DNA of 64,000 nucleotides, from the NCBI GenBank assembly GCA_951406725.2, contig OX597815.1:12772001-12836000 (forward strand), in the 5' to 3' direction. Position numbers and translations under genes: made by a program. Below are positions 52,836-64,000 of the stretch, piece after piece. Numbering within the stretch: the stretch's first letter is position 1; each line of letters begins with the position of its first letter. A model generated the notes under the pieces. It was not told the DNA's origin and ran no database searches. It worked only from the letters and a program-made list of their open reading frames with translations. Source of the stretch: Octopus vulgaris (taxonomy: Eukaryota).

Positions 52836-53433
52836 GGCGGCGAGCTGGCAGAATCGTTAGCGCGCCGGAAGAAATGCTTAGCGGTATTTTGTCTGCCGCT
52901 ACGTTGTGAGTTCAAATTCCGCTGAGGTCGACTTTACCTTTCATCCTTTCGGGGTCGATAAATTAAGAACCAGTTACGCACTGGGGTCGATGTAATCGAC
53001 TTAATACCTATGTCTGTCCTTGTTTGTCCTCTCTGTGTTTAGCCCCTTGTGGGTAATACAGAAATAGGTATTTCGTCTGCCGCTACGTTGTGAGTTCAAA
53101 TTCCGCTGAGGTCGACTTTACCTTTCATCCTTTCGGGGTCGATAAATTAAGTACCAGTTTCGCACTGGGGTTGATGTAATCGACTTAATCCGTGTGTCTG
53201 TCCTTGTTTGTCCCTTCTGTGTTTAGCCCCTTGTGGGTAATAAAGAAATAGGTATTTCGTCTGTCCTTACGTTCTGAGTTCAAATTCCGCCGAGGTCGAC
53301 TTTGCCTTTCATCCTTTCGGTGTCGATAAATAAAGTACCAGTTACGCACTTGGTTCGATGTAATCGATTTAATCCCTTTGTCTGTCCTTGTTTGTCCTCT
53401 CTGTGTTTAGCCCCTTGTGGGCAGTAAAAAAAT
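52836..53433 (+). mobile_element. SINE family A trimer inside a single TSD
   Basis: One full unit plus two head-less 184-bp units; TSD ATATTCAGCTG(A/G)TAT at 52821-52835 and 53434-53448. Confidence 0.93.
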
Positions 53434-56400
53434 ATATTCAGCTGGTATAGCCGTCAATCTACGTAGTCAGTTATGCAAATGTTTTATTGTAAGCACGATT
53501 TTATAGTCTCAGTTTTGAGATTCTCACCGCTTGCCTTTGTTTCTGTTCATTCACAAATTTGGTAGCTTACTTCGGAATTTTGTTGAAATATGAAGAGACG
53601 CATTCTTTTGTGTTTCAGTTTCGGACGCTTTCTCACTATTACTATATCTTTGTAACATATTTTCAACAGTAAAATCTTTGTTTTCCTTATTCATCAGTTA
53701 TGTTATCCAAATTCCTGCAAGCCTGAATTTAAATCCTATTTGAGTTGCGTTTTCTGCGTACTCAATCAGGAGAGGAATGTGTCAAGAACGGAATCATATT
53801 TCGTAATTCTTTCAACATCTCTTTGATAGCTAGCATGTAACATACAAAGTTGCTTAAATTTATGATTTGGATGATGTGGAGGCTATTCTTGGACCTCATA
53901 TCTAAGCTGTTTCATTCCCTAGTTTCGAAATAATTTTTCTTGAAAGTCTGAAAATATCTCAGGTTCTTTTATACTTTCAGTAGCATTTGTCAAAGGATAA
54001 TTCTTAATAACTTGCAACTGTCATACACCTGAATATAAATCAGGTTACGTATGTTCGGAAGATTGACTTGAAGAATGATGTCCCGTTGCATCTCAAAAAG
54101 ACTCATCCTTAGTTCGGAGAATATTTCTACATCAAATTGAAATATTCATTGTTTTATCGCACATCTATTTCTATATAACCATTGTTTGAAGTAAAATACC
54201 CATCAAGGTAATTTACCCGAAATAGAAACTACAGGAGCTACCCAGAGATATTGGAAGTTATTTTCCTGATTCCATCACAATGTCTGAAATTCCTGCTTTT
54301 CATAAATGCGTATCTAGCGGTCACAAATGTTTTGTCTTATTAAGGACTGAATTAGTCTTTTACAGCCATCGTCTCTTATCAACCTCAAACACCTGGAGCT
54401 GTTTTCAACCGCTGTACCTATATCCTTCATGGTGTTCTGGACCAATCTTTCAAACCTATTACCCAGACCAATCTTCAGCAGAAAATATCACACCATTTGA
54501 GCTGGAAAACTTTGGCAATCGGCATGATATCGCCTGTCAAATGTCTCGCGAACGAAATTTTAACATTTGCTGTTCTTTAACTGCTAAGAAATTTCACGTT
54601 TGTCCTACCCGGCCACTATAAATTCAAACAAGACGGTAGATTTTGAATTGTAGAAGAACAGGAAGATATTTGTTCCGAGTGATATTACAGCTTACCTCCT
54701 CCGAGAGGCTCACTTGAATCAAGCAATCCGTGACTGGATCAAAAACGAAAAGTGTACCATACCGTTGCTTTCTTCGTTGGAAACTTGTTACCTATTAAAA
54801 TACAATCTGGTGGTGATGTCTTAGGTTTATTGACCTTTTCAAAGAGCTAATGCCATATTTTTCCCAGGTGGTATATCCTAAGAAACTCTATTAACTTGTA
54901 TTACATAACAACTTCGAAGTAATGTAGCAGTGCGTTACATGATCAATATAATTTTACAATGCTAAATAGATGCGCATAGATAACCATAAATATTTTACAC
55001 AAAGCTGAAAGCACTAGTTGCTTCCTTAATTTATCAGTGTCACTGAGAACCAAATTTAAAGTATCTTCTTTGCAGAACACACACACAAACAAACAACTAT
55101 TTGTCTGACAAAGACACTTGGCTCGTCTACATTTTCTTCACTTTTTTTTTATATTAAGAACACCACTTGAGAATCTAGTTACGAAGATTCGCAAATAGTT
55201 TTCCTATTTACTCAAGCTGTCAAAGCAGATTAATTTCTAAAATATCCGTACAGTTTCTTCAGGGAAGCAAGTTTCCACAAATGTTCTATGGTGAACTAAT
55301 GCTTAATTATACAATGGTTTTATAATATTGCATGGACAATACATACTGTTCTTTTTTCAGTATGACTAACAACAGGTGTGCATTGCAGAATAATGGAATG
55401 TAATTTGACTTCTTTAGTGTTATCATTTGCGGCGTTATAGCACCAGCTCACCAGCTACGATCTTTAAGTAGTAATTTTGAATATCTTTTACCAAGTAGTG
55501 AACAATTACTTTAACATCATTAAACGATAAGATCTATTCATAAATGACAAAATTTTAAGAAAGTTTAGATACTAATTAAACTATAAAGAAAATTTAATTG
55601 CTATCAGAAGAACTTTTCATTTGCACAGTAGAATGACAAGTTACTTTTGCATGGCAAGAACTGTAACCAAAGCCATCAAAAGTTGCATGATTGGTCACTA
55701 ACACTGTTCTATTTGACTAGTTTTCAGCTCATTATAATCAGTTGTTTCATAAGCTGCAACTCAATAGGAATATTAAATAAAACATGAGAACACACACATC
55801 CAAATTAAATTCAACTCAATAGTACTGTCAGTGCCAAAAACACTGATCTACCAATAATTAATGAATTTCCATAAGCATTAAAATAATGCATCTTTTCATT
55901 AGTCTACTTTTCTTACAGCAAGTAGTTAGTATAAAGCCTTGAATTTCAAGTTAGGTAGTTCGCGAATAACTTTCAAGTTATTGTTGATACTCTTTCTGGC
56001 GATGGATAGCCAAAGTTTGTTTGAAGCTTAGTTGCAGCTTGGCACTGCTCTCTTCATTATATGCATCGGAGATTATGCACACTTAGAATTTAAGAGAATT
56101 TTTTTTAACAAAGTAGAAGCCAACATATTTGAAAACAAAGTTCCCTTCAGTGGATAGCGTATCTGTGACCAATACATAAAAATTCAATAAAGTGGTAACT
56201 TTCACTAATGAATAACGCCCACAACTCAACAAGAACACACAACTTATTACAGGACAATACTGACCTTACCAATTCCAGTAATCCCATTAATTTCGATACA
56301 TCCCATACACCATTCATATTCCAGCTATTTACATCTAACTTAATTGCATCACTTCTAGAACTGCTTACCTCCCTCGCATATAATCTTTTCACTTAGGCAC

Positions 56401-56680
56401 TGTTAGACCCAACACCGTTTGGAAATCGGTGTGCACTCAAAGTCAGTGACGATACCGGTATGGCTTTAATTCTCTATAATGATTCATAAAAATTATTTTT
56501 ATGCGTCATAAGTCCACCACAGATCATCTAATTGTATGTATATATCTTTGCTTTTCTTTAAAAATCCTTTATTCTTTATATCTGATGTGCATTTTCTTGG
56601 TTCCCTTTTTACTTTTCCTCTATTTATACCACGTGTAGTCTCTTTACCACCTTAGAGGGAGGAAAAGTAATTACATAGAA

Positions 56681-57368
56681 ATAGTTTCATATTTATAAAT
56701 ATTATATACTTAAATATTAACTTATTAGATGTTATCTATGGAGGTTGATCAAATGCCAATTGATCGATCTCCATAGATACCATCTACCAGTGGATTAACA
56801 CTAATAACTTTAAAAACCTATAATATACCTTTTAGTTTATAATTAGTAAAAACAATTAGCATGTCCTATAACATCATTATTACTTTAGCTAATACCAGGT
56901 AACAGCATTTATTGATACCAGCTAAATAAGTACATAAATAATTTTTAATTTATATTACTTAAATCATTATACATTATCTATAAATCTACTCGATTGATGT
57001 TAATAAGGTATGTATACTTTATCATGATTTTAGTGATTAAGCTATTTTATTCTTCCTCTATGGTGTTCTACCGTAACCTGATCATTTTATTATTTTATAA
57101 TAACCTTTTGATAAATCTAATTTTTGTACTCCTCTAAATTCATAATTATAAAATTCATATTTATAAATTCATACTTATAAAACAATCCAGGTATCTTCAC
57201 AACGTAAAATAAACTAATTAGATTATAATTTAATTAATATAGAGTTAACATGTTCTTTCGCTTCAGTACTCCCGTTTTAAATACCAGTAAAATCTAATTA
57301 ATCAATATCCATAGATACCATCGAATAAGTTAAAAACTAAGTATATAATATGTATAAATATAAACTAT
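56681..57368. repeat. AT-rich fold-back element with about 70-bp diverged inverted ends
   Basis: ATAGTTTCATATTTATAAATATTATATACTTAAATATTAACTTATTAGATGTTATCTATGGA pairs with TCCATAGATACCATCGAATAAGTTAAAAACTAAGTATATAATATGTATAAATATAAACTAT; extra local hairpin at about 56727-56787. Confidence 0.7.
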
Positions 57369-57841
57369 CTTCTTAATAATCATGTGAAAATCCTTAAATT
57401 TCAGCTTTATACAATATGGCAATATTGTTTCAAATATTTAACTATAGTACACCCTGATAAAATTTGCCCCTGTATCATTATCAATGGTGAAGTAATGGCC
57501 TGCCCCATTAAATGTCCGATTTAAGATTTCCTTCACAAAATATTTATAGTGTTTCATATTAATTTTGATAATTTTAGGACCGTACCCACTATGATTTCTG
57601 TCGACTCCCTCAACCCCCTCCCTTACATTCACTGCTCTTTATTGTTTGGCCATAGATTTTGATTTACAAATATTTGATAAACAAGTCTATAAATTAAAAC
57701 GGTCCGCAAAAAAAACAGTGACAAGCTGAATTTCTAACATGCCTTTCTTCCCGATACTTTAGTAGCTTCTAAGCAAAAGTGAAGACAGCATGTTCTGTTT
57801 TAATTTAATGTAATTCTGTCTCTATGCGGCTTATGTTGCTC

Positions 57842-57909
57842 TGCATATGAACTGATGTAATGATTGCATTGTTCAATTAAATGGAGTTGCTTGAAACGAT
57901 CGTACTGCA
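57842..57909 (+). ncRNA. Degenerate hammerhead motif
   Basis: TGCA..CTGATGT..wobble stem II..GAAA-CGATCG-TA-CTGCA; the 3' half resembles the 17512 motif. Confidence 0.55.
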
Positions 57910-58033
57910 TTAACCCTGGATATCATTGTTCCTTATTTTCATTTCATTCACCTTATTTTGAAATTGTATGGATAGTACCGTACTAAACTCTGAACTTAAG
58001 TACCCAATTCATCTGAGTTGAAATTTTTACTTT

Positions 58034-58071
<38 letters not shown>

Positions 58072-58218
58072 TTTGCAATTTAAATATGGCTAACATCTAA
58101 GGGTGGATGCTACTACTGTAGTTTGTAGCTCCAGGAGGACACCTCCTCCAGCTGACTATTCTGTGCCCAATCAGTATTTGCAAAGGGAAGTCATCCTTCC
58201 CGTCTTCAACTTATGATA

Positions 58219-58263
58219 CACACGTACTTGAGTTTCTTGGTAATGACCCGTCATCGGCATGTG
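58219..58263 (-). ncRNA. Minimal hammerhead motif
   Basis: CACATG-CCGATGA-CGGGTCATTACCAA-GAAA-CTCAAG-TA-CGTGTG; 6-bp stem I, and CTCAAG is one change from the CTCGAG palindrome. Confidence 0.65.
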
Positions 58264-58374
58264 ACAATCACAGTTGTCGATGAGAAATATATATATATAT
58301 ATTAAACAAAATACGATACAAATGTCAGGGATGTGCGTAGTTGTCAGTACATTTATAAGGAAAAAGATATAGAT

Positions 58375-58432
58375 ATACTCTTACAGATCTTTCTGGGATA
58401 TATTATGGATTTCCTTTCATAAGAAAAAATAT
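58375..58432 (-). ncRNA. Degenerate hammerhead motif
   Basis: ATATTTTTT-CTTATGA-AAGGAAAT..ATATCCCA-GAAA-GATCTG-TA-AGAGTAT. Confidence 0.5.
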
Positions 58433-58643
58433 GTGTGATTGTTTAAATGGGTATGTAGGGTATCATTGGACTTCAAAAGTCTGTCCATACTCTATCATCA
58501 GTCAACTTAGATTATTTGATTAGGAAGATTTACAAACTCACTTTCTCAGTGAAACTCAATATACCCACCATTATAAACAATACAAAATGTACATTTTCGT
58601 TTTGTTTCATAATGTGATGGAATTCTTTGATATAGCAATTGCA

Positions 58644-58737
58644 TGCGGCTGAAGAGAGATTTAAACCATCTGTTATGTCGATTATACATTGATGTAAGAA
58701 TAGGTTGTTATATAAAGCTTGAGGCACGTGTACCGCG
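58644..58737 (+). ncRNA. Hammerhead motif with very long stem II
   Basis: TGCGG-CTGAAGA-[65-nt imperfect hairpin GAGATTTA/TAAAGCTT, AACCATCTGTT/AATAGGTTGTT, ATGTCGAT/ATTGATGT]-GAGG-CACGTG-TA-CCGCG; GAAA is changed to GAGG. Confidence 0.7.
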
Positions 58738-58856
58738 ACATCCTTTGTGTTCTGTTCTTTATTTCATTTGTTACATATATCCTCTCACCTCTGCTACTAG
58801 CTGGCATATACAGGTGCTTACACTTATCAAGTATTCACCCTGGATGTATTGTATGT

Positions 58857-58936
<80 letters not shown>

Positions 58937-59091
58937 AATTAGAAAAGAACCACCGTTTAGCAATTCAACAATGAAATAACAATGATATAATCAAATTATA
59001 CCATATTGAAAAAAAATTAAATATTCGATAAAACATATACCGATAATTTGGTAAAATACAAAATAATAAAGTAAAAGAATATAATTGGGTA

Positions 59092-59176
59092 TTAGACAAC
59101 ACATGTTTCGTGGCTATTTTTTCTAACTGATAGCGTTAATCAATTCAATTTAAATATAGTTGCTCTTAACGTCTAA
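59092..59176 (-). ncRNA. Degenerate hammerhead motif
   Basis: TTAGAC-GTTAAGA-GCAACTAT...ATAGCCAC-GAAA-CATGTG-TT-GTCTAA; perfect 6-bp stem I. Confidence 0.55.
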
Positions 59177-60044
59177 GATAAAAAACAATAACATAATTAA
59201 ATAAATATATATACATATATAATCTTGTAAGAAAATATAAATATATATAAACGTACGTAATTGTACAATAAAATTCGAATAAAATTAAATAATATATCAT
59301 AAATTACAAACACGAAATATCTTAACAAATATATTCTGTTATCTAAATCGTTAAACCTGATACATAAGACTTATTATTTATAAAATTTATTTCGTTAAAA
59401 ACGTGGTTTAAATAAAACTAGAATAAATAGATATAAATATTTATTATACCTATAAAAATAATTTTAAAGTTATATAAGAAAGAATAACAAAGTATAATAT
59501 ATCATTACTAGAAAATTCAAATACAAGTAATTAAAAGAAATCATTTTAAACGAAACATATATATATATATATATACAAAGTATACATTAAGTGAAACTAA
59601 AATACTATAATTTAATCTATATATATTTATTAAGTTAAATTATTTATTTATGTAATATACATCTAAGTTAAATCTTATTCTAATTTAATAATATATACTA
59701 AAAAAAACTTCATGCTAACTTATATGCATAATGCTACTACAAACTATGACTACAATATATACTGCGAAGATGATATATTATGGAGATGTACTTGCATAGC
59801 AAGTGATTTCATCTGAGTCCGTATGCTGAAACTAAAACTATTGAAGCTGTTGCTTAGCTGTTTGGGACCAAATTGTGACTGGGAACGAGAAACAGGTTTT
59901 GTATATAATGTCATGCGCCGAGGACAGTTGGTAACGAACAGAGAAACACCGGAACACCAGGCCCCCACGTAAGTTTTTCTTTGTTTGGTCGCATGTGAAA
60001 ATATTATTTCCTTGTGAACTTTTAAACCGAAATCAAACAATAAC

Positions 60045-60600
60045 AAAAGAAAGTTGTAAATCTAGTCGAGTTCATGGTTCCTCATGAAGATAACATGGAC
60101 GCCGCTCGGTCTCGAAAGATTGATCGTTATGTAAACCTCCTCGAAGAATGTGAAGATGCAGGTTGGAAAGCGGAGTATTTTCCAATCGAAGTCGGATGTA
60201 GAGGGTTTGTTGAACACAGTGTTAGACACCTGTTGTTATCTTTAGGCCTAACTAATCGTAAAGTCAATACCACCATGACCGATATCCACACTACAGCGGA
60301 GATGGCTAGCCACTGGATTTGGTTAAAAAAGGGACGATGAGCGATGGCTTGAGAAATATTGATCTATATTTAATAACCAGTTGATCTAGCAAGTGGGACC
60401 TAATATCATGACGTGGGCTGGTGTGAATTGATGCCATCGCGAGGTAGGCCACGAAACGGGGCGCATTCTCTCCTGATGAACCATACATTTTCTGGCTTCC
60501 GTTATGCCTAGTTCTCGACTGGTAGCACTTGCATGTGCAAGTTGTTTGCAAGACATCTTGTGTGTTAGTAATGCAGTTTTTGGGACGCTGCACGCGACTA
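60045..60600 (+). mobile_element. 5'-truncated Hero/NeSL-like non-LTR retrotransposon (RLE C-terminus plus 3' UTR)
   Basis: LVEFMVPHEDNMDAARSRKIDRY..L...C...GWK....PIEVGCRGF...AEMASHWIWLK matches the restriction-like endonuclease C-terminus of Hero-type elements. Confidence 0.85.
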
Positions 60601-61146
60601 ACTCTCTCCCTTCCAAAATATTTGTCTTGTGCCTAAACCAGAGAGAACAATTTTAGGAAACGGAGGGGGATAAAATTACAGGAGAGAAGAGGAAAGAACA
60701 GGGGATGAAAGACACGAAGCGAGAAAGTAATATGAAGTAAAGCGTGCAAACGTGTGCGAAAACAGTTGTGGTAAACAACAGAGATGAAAATCTGGGAAAT
60801 AAAAAGTTATTGAAGGAAGACTTGGGAAAAATTAATGGAAGAAAAGCGTAAGACATTAGAAAGAGATAGATAAAAAAAATAAGCAAATAACAACAAAGGG
60901 TACGGGGGGAACTGGGAAATAGAATGGGGTAAGAGAGGGAAATAGAAAGAAAGCAGAGAAGAAAATAAAAGTAAAATATACGAAAAAATGTGCTGTACAA
61001 TATAACAAGTGCAATTTCACAAAAGGAAACAGAATATAGGTGTGTGAAAATAATACATTATGATGTTTCAATTAGTTAAAAAACATGTTTATCAATAGAG
61101 GTTGGTAAATGCATGTGTGTGTAGAAAAATGAAGTAAATATCACGT

Positions 61147-61377
61147 GGAGGCGCAATGGCCCAGTGGTTAGGGCAGCGGACTTGCGGTCGGAGGATCGCG
61201 GTTTCGATTCCCAGACCGGGCGTTGTGTGTGTTTATTGAGCGAAAACACCTAAAAGCTCCACGAGGCTCCGGCAGGGGTTGGTGGTGATCCCTGCTGTAC
61301 TCTTTCACCACTCTAAAGGCGGTGCTCCAGCATGGCCGCAGTAAAATGACTGAAACAAGTACAAAAAAAAAAAAAAA
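61147..61377 (+). mobile_element. tRNA-derived SINE family C, ending in the family B tail and poly(A)
   Basis: A box TGGCCCAGTGG, B box GGTTTCGATTCCC; tail AAAGGCGGTGCTCCAGCATGGCCGCAGT as at 8475-8520. Confidence 0.85.
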
Positions 61378-61946
61378 CGCAAAGAGAATAGAAATATATA
61401 CAGATACACCAGAATAAAGTGAAAACGGAAAGAAATTGGTCAACATACAGTCTTTTCAAAATTGAAACACACACACACAAACATCACTCTTTTTATTCTG
61501 CTGTTAATTAATTAGTGTTTTCTTTTTCTCTTTCGATTTCTTTCTCTTCTTTCTTTTGAAGCGTTTCTCTCTCTTCCCACTTATCTCTGTTCCTGTTTTC
61601 TTCGCTTATGTTTACCCTCTTCTTTTTCTCCCACCAGTCCCATTCTTTTTGCTCATTCTTCTCCATTTCTCTAGGTTGATCCTTCCATTTTTTATTCACT
61701 GATACCTTCTTCTATTTTATCCCTTTTCAACTCGTTTTCCTCTGTCCCATCGTCATTCTTTTGTTCAGTCACCGCGTCTGACATATTCACACAGAAATCC
61801 GTTTCTTTCATACTCTTTATTCTTCTTTTGTTTCTCATTTTGTTTCCGTTCAACTTCTGTTCCACCCATTATTATTTCTAACTTAAGCTCAAACAAGACC
61901 ACACGTTTTCCCGAAGGGTATTAACTGATTCAATTCACTGCAGTTC

Positions 61947-62460
61947 TTTGCACTGTACTTTATTGACGAAGATCGGCTTTGATTTGTACTGTACTTTATT
62001 GACGAAGATCGGCTTTGATTTGTACTGTACTTTATTGACGAAGATCGGCTTTGATTTGTACTGTACTTTATTGACGAAGATCGGCTTTGATTTGTACTGT
62101 ACTTTATTGACGAAGATCGGCTTTGATTTGTACTGTACTTTATTGACGAAGATCGGCTTTGATTTGTACTGTACTTTATTGACGAAGATCGGCTTTGATT
62201 TGTACTGTACTTTATTGACGAAGATCGGCTTTGATTTGTACTGTAATTTATTGACGAAGATCGGCTTTGATTTGTACTGTACTTTATTGACGAAGATCGG
62301 CTTTGATTTGTACTGTACTTTATTGACGGAGATCGGCTTTGATTTGTACTGTACTTTATTGACGAAGATCGGTTTTGATTTGTACTGTACTTTATTGACG
62401 AAGATCGGCTTTGATTTGTACTGTTCTTTATCGACGAAATTCGGCTTTGATTTGCACTGT
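61947..62460. repeat. 36-bp tandem repeat TTTGTACTGTACTTTATTGACGAAGATCGGCTTTGA, about 14 copies
   Basis: Near-identical head-to-tail units with no spacers; it explains ORFs 61889..62581, 61935..62477 and 61948..62469. Confidence 0.97.
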
Positions 62461-64000
62461 ATTTTATAAAAACCCACGGTCGGACGGGATTTGAACTCAA
62501 AACGTAAAGAGCCAGAAGAAATATTCCAAGGTTTTTTAAACGACGCTTTAATAATTCCGCCAAGCCACCGCTATTAAACAAATAGCTGTTTCATAGATCG
62601 AAGCTAGGTGAATACACCAGATGATTAGATTGACTATAGCACGTGCTTTAATCATAAAAAATGAAAACGAATTTGCATTAAGTGTGATTTGAACTCATCC
62701 ACAACATACATTGTCTAATCATTAATAACAAAATGTCTTTTCGCCGACGTTCTTCATATTCTAACAGTATTTTATTTCCTAATAATGATATATACATAGT
62801 TATTACATAATAGCTTTTCTTGAAGAATTGAAAGTTGTCACATCTAAGCGAGATTCTTAGTAACCTGACAAATGAAATATACCAACTCTGTTTTTAACAT
62901 TCAGTTTTCTCCTCCAGAAATGTATCATGGCATATGCACACTCACACTCATTTAACTACATATAATAATATATATATATATATACATTCTCATACATGTG
63001 CACACATTCTAACACACATACACATACTTTCACCTGTTGAACTAAGTGCAATTTTATTGGCGAGAATTTTTCTATCTGTTCATCTGTATGCTTGCTTTGA
63101 TTGGTGTCAAATAAACACCCTTTCGGATATTCAATCATCTCACTTTAAATACAACGCAGTTTTCGACCCGTGCCAATTTAAGCATTACATATTCACGGTC
63201 CGACCGAGCATAGTGTGTACATTATTACCAAGAGAAGTCTTGATGAAACGCTTACAGCTGCTATTATCTTTGTTTACACGTTTCCGCTAGATATCTTATT
63301 ACACTCTGTTGATGTTACTTTCATTATTCGTGCACATATTGTTTTACTCTAGAAAAATACAATCACTTAAATGTATGTACAATACTCAGGCATCCATTAA
63401 CTTTGCAATAACAGAAGGTACAAAACGCATGAATGTTCTAAATCATGAATAACATTTAATTACACACATTTGATAGGAGAGTTGACTGAACAATCACCGT
63501 AGTTACAAATATATACATTTCTTTAACCTTATTGAACACAGCAGGAACCATTGCTACATATGTAGTTCAATAAATGGCTAGCTGATGTTTCATGCAGAAT
63601 ACTCAGATTACCGCTATATCTCAAAATATTTTTCTACCAAGTATGTATAACAGTGAAGAACTCCACTTACAATACATGTCAGTAGAGGAGCATTTATAAG
63701 GAAGCCTGAAATACAATATATACGAACCACACAACAAATCATGCAACGGAGAACAAGAAGAACACACTAAAGCATGGAGCCTCCCATAGGCTAGTTATTC
63801 GAATAAAATAACAGCACTTCGGAAAGTAACACATAAAACAAAATTGTGGGAACTCAGGTCATTTGTGGCTCAGATACGATTTATTTGCAGCTACAAAAGG
63901 AATAACAACAAAGGAATTGTGAACAAACAAAACATATATTTCTATAATAGCTAATAACACTTTGTTACAATGCTCAATAAATAGAAAGGCTCCACATAGT

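Noticed and set aside
53550-56100. Possible very old DNA-transposon coding relic
   Set aside because: No motif or terminus could be read with confidence.
56147-56392. SWNMNG motif suggesting an APE endonuclease start
   Set aside because: A single short motif with no downstream QE or GDFN motifs seen.
59750-60046. Possible GIY-YIG relic (IIF...TYVG...RRMTL) upstream of the 59092 hammerhead
   Set aside because: Position and strand would fit a Penelope element, but the motif spacing is wrong and the similarity is too weak without an HMM search.
60446-60500. GAAAC...CTGATGA in the Hero 3' UTR as a permuted hammerhead
   Set aside because: Only 16 nt separate the boxes and no stem II pairing exists, so the fold cannot form.
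61147-61220. tRNA gene
   Set aside because: A and B boxes are present, but it runs into a SINE body and tail and has no proper acceptor stem.
61947-62460. CRISPR-like 36-bp repeat, or a repeat-protein CDS
   Set aside because: Units are contiguous with no unique spacers, no cas genes are present and the context is eukaryotic. The ORFs arise only because the unit is a stop-free multiple of three.

Overview
Eukaryotic, AT-rich, repeat-saturated DNA with no recognisable intact host gene or exon. The SINE families and microsatellite load look like an octopus (coleoid cephalopod) intron or intergenic region; this is recognition by eye, not a database result. Most long ORFs in the track are artefacts of microsatellites or minisatellites. 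Real content: tRNA-derived SINEs (several as tandem concatemers), non-autonomous Helitrons plus a decayed RepHel, R4/Dong-like and Hero-like non-LTR retrotransposon relics, a Tc1/mariner relic, a deleted Chapaev3-like transposon, MITEs and tandem arrays. The main hidden signal is about a dozen minimal type-I hammerhead ribozyme motifs (stem I-CUGANGA-stem II-GAAA-6 nt palindrome-UH-stem I). They belong to several sequence families, lie in short fold-back or palindromic elements, and nearly all point into (TA)n tracts, with a nest of five at 57.8-59.2 kb. This matches Penelope-like or retrozyme-like elements that target TA microsatellites. No CRISPR or prokaryotic system is present.
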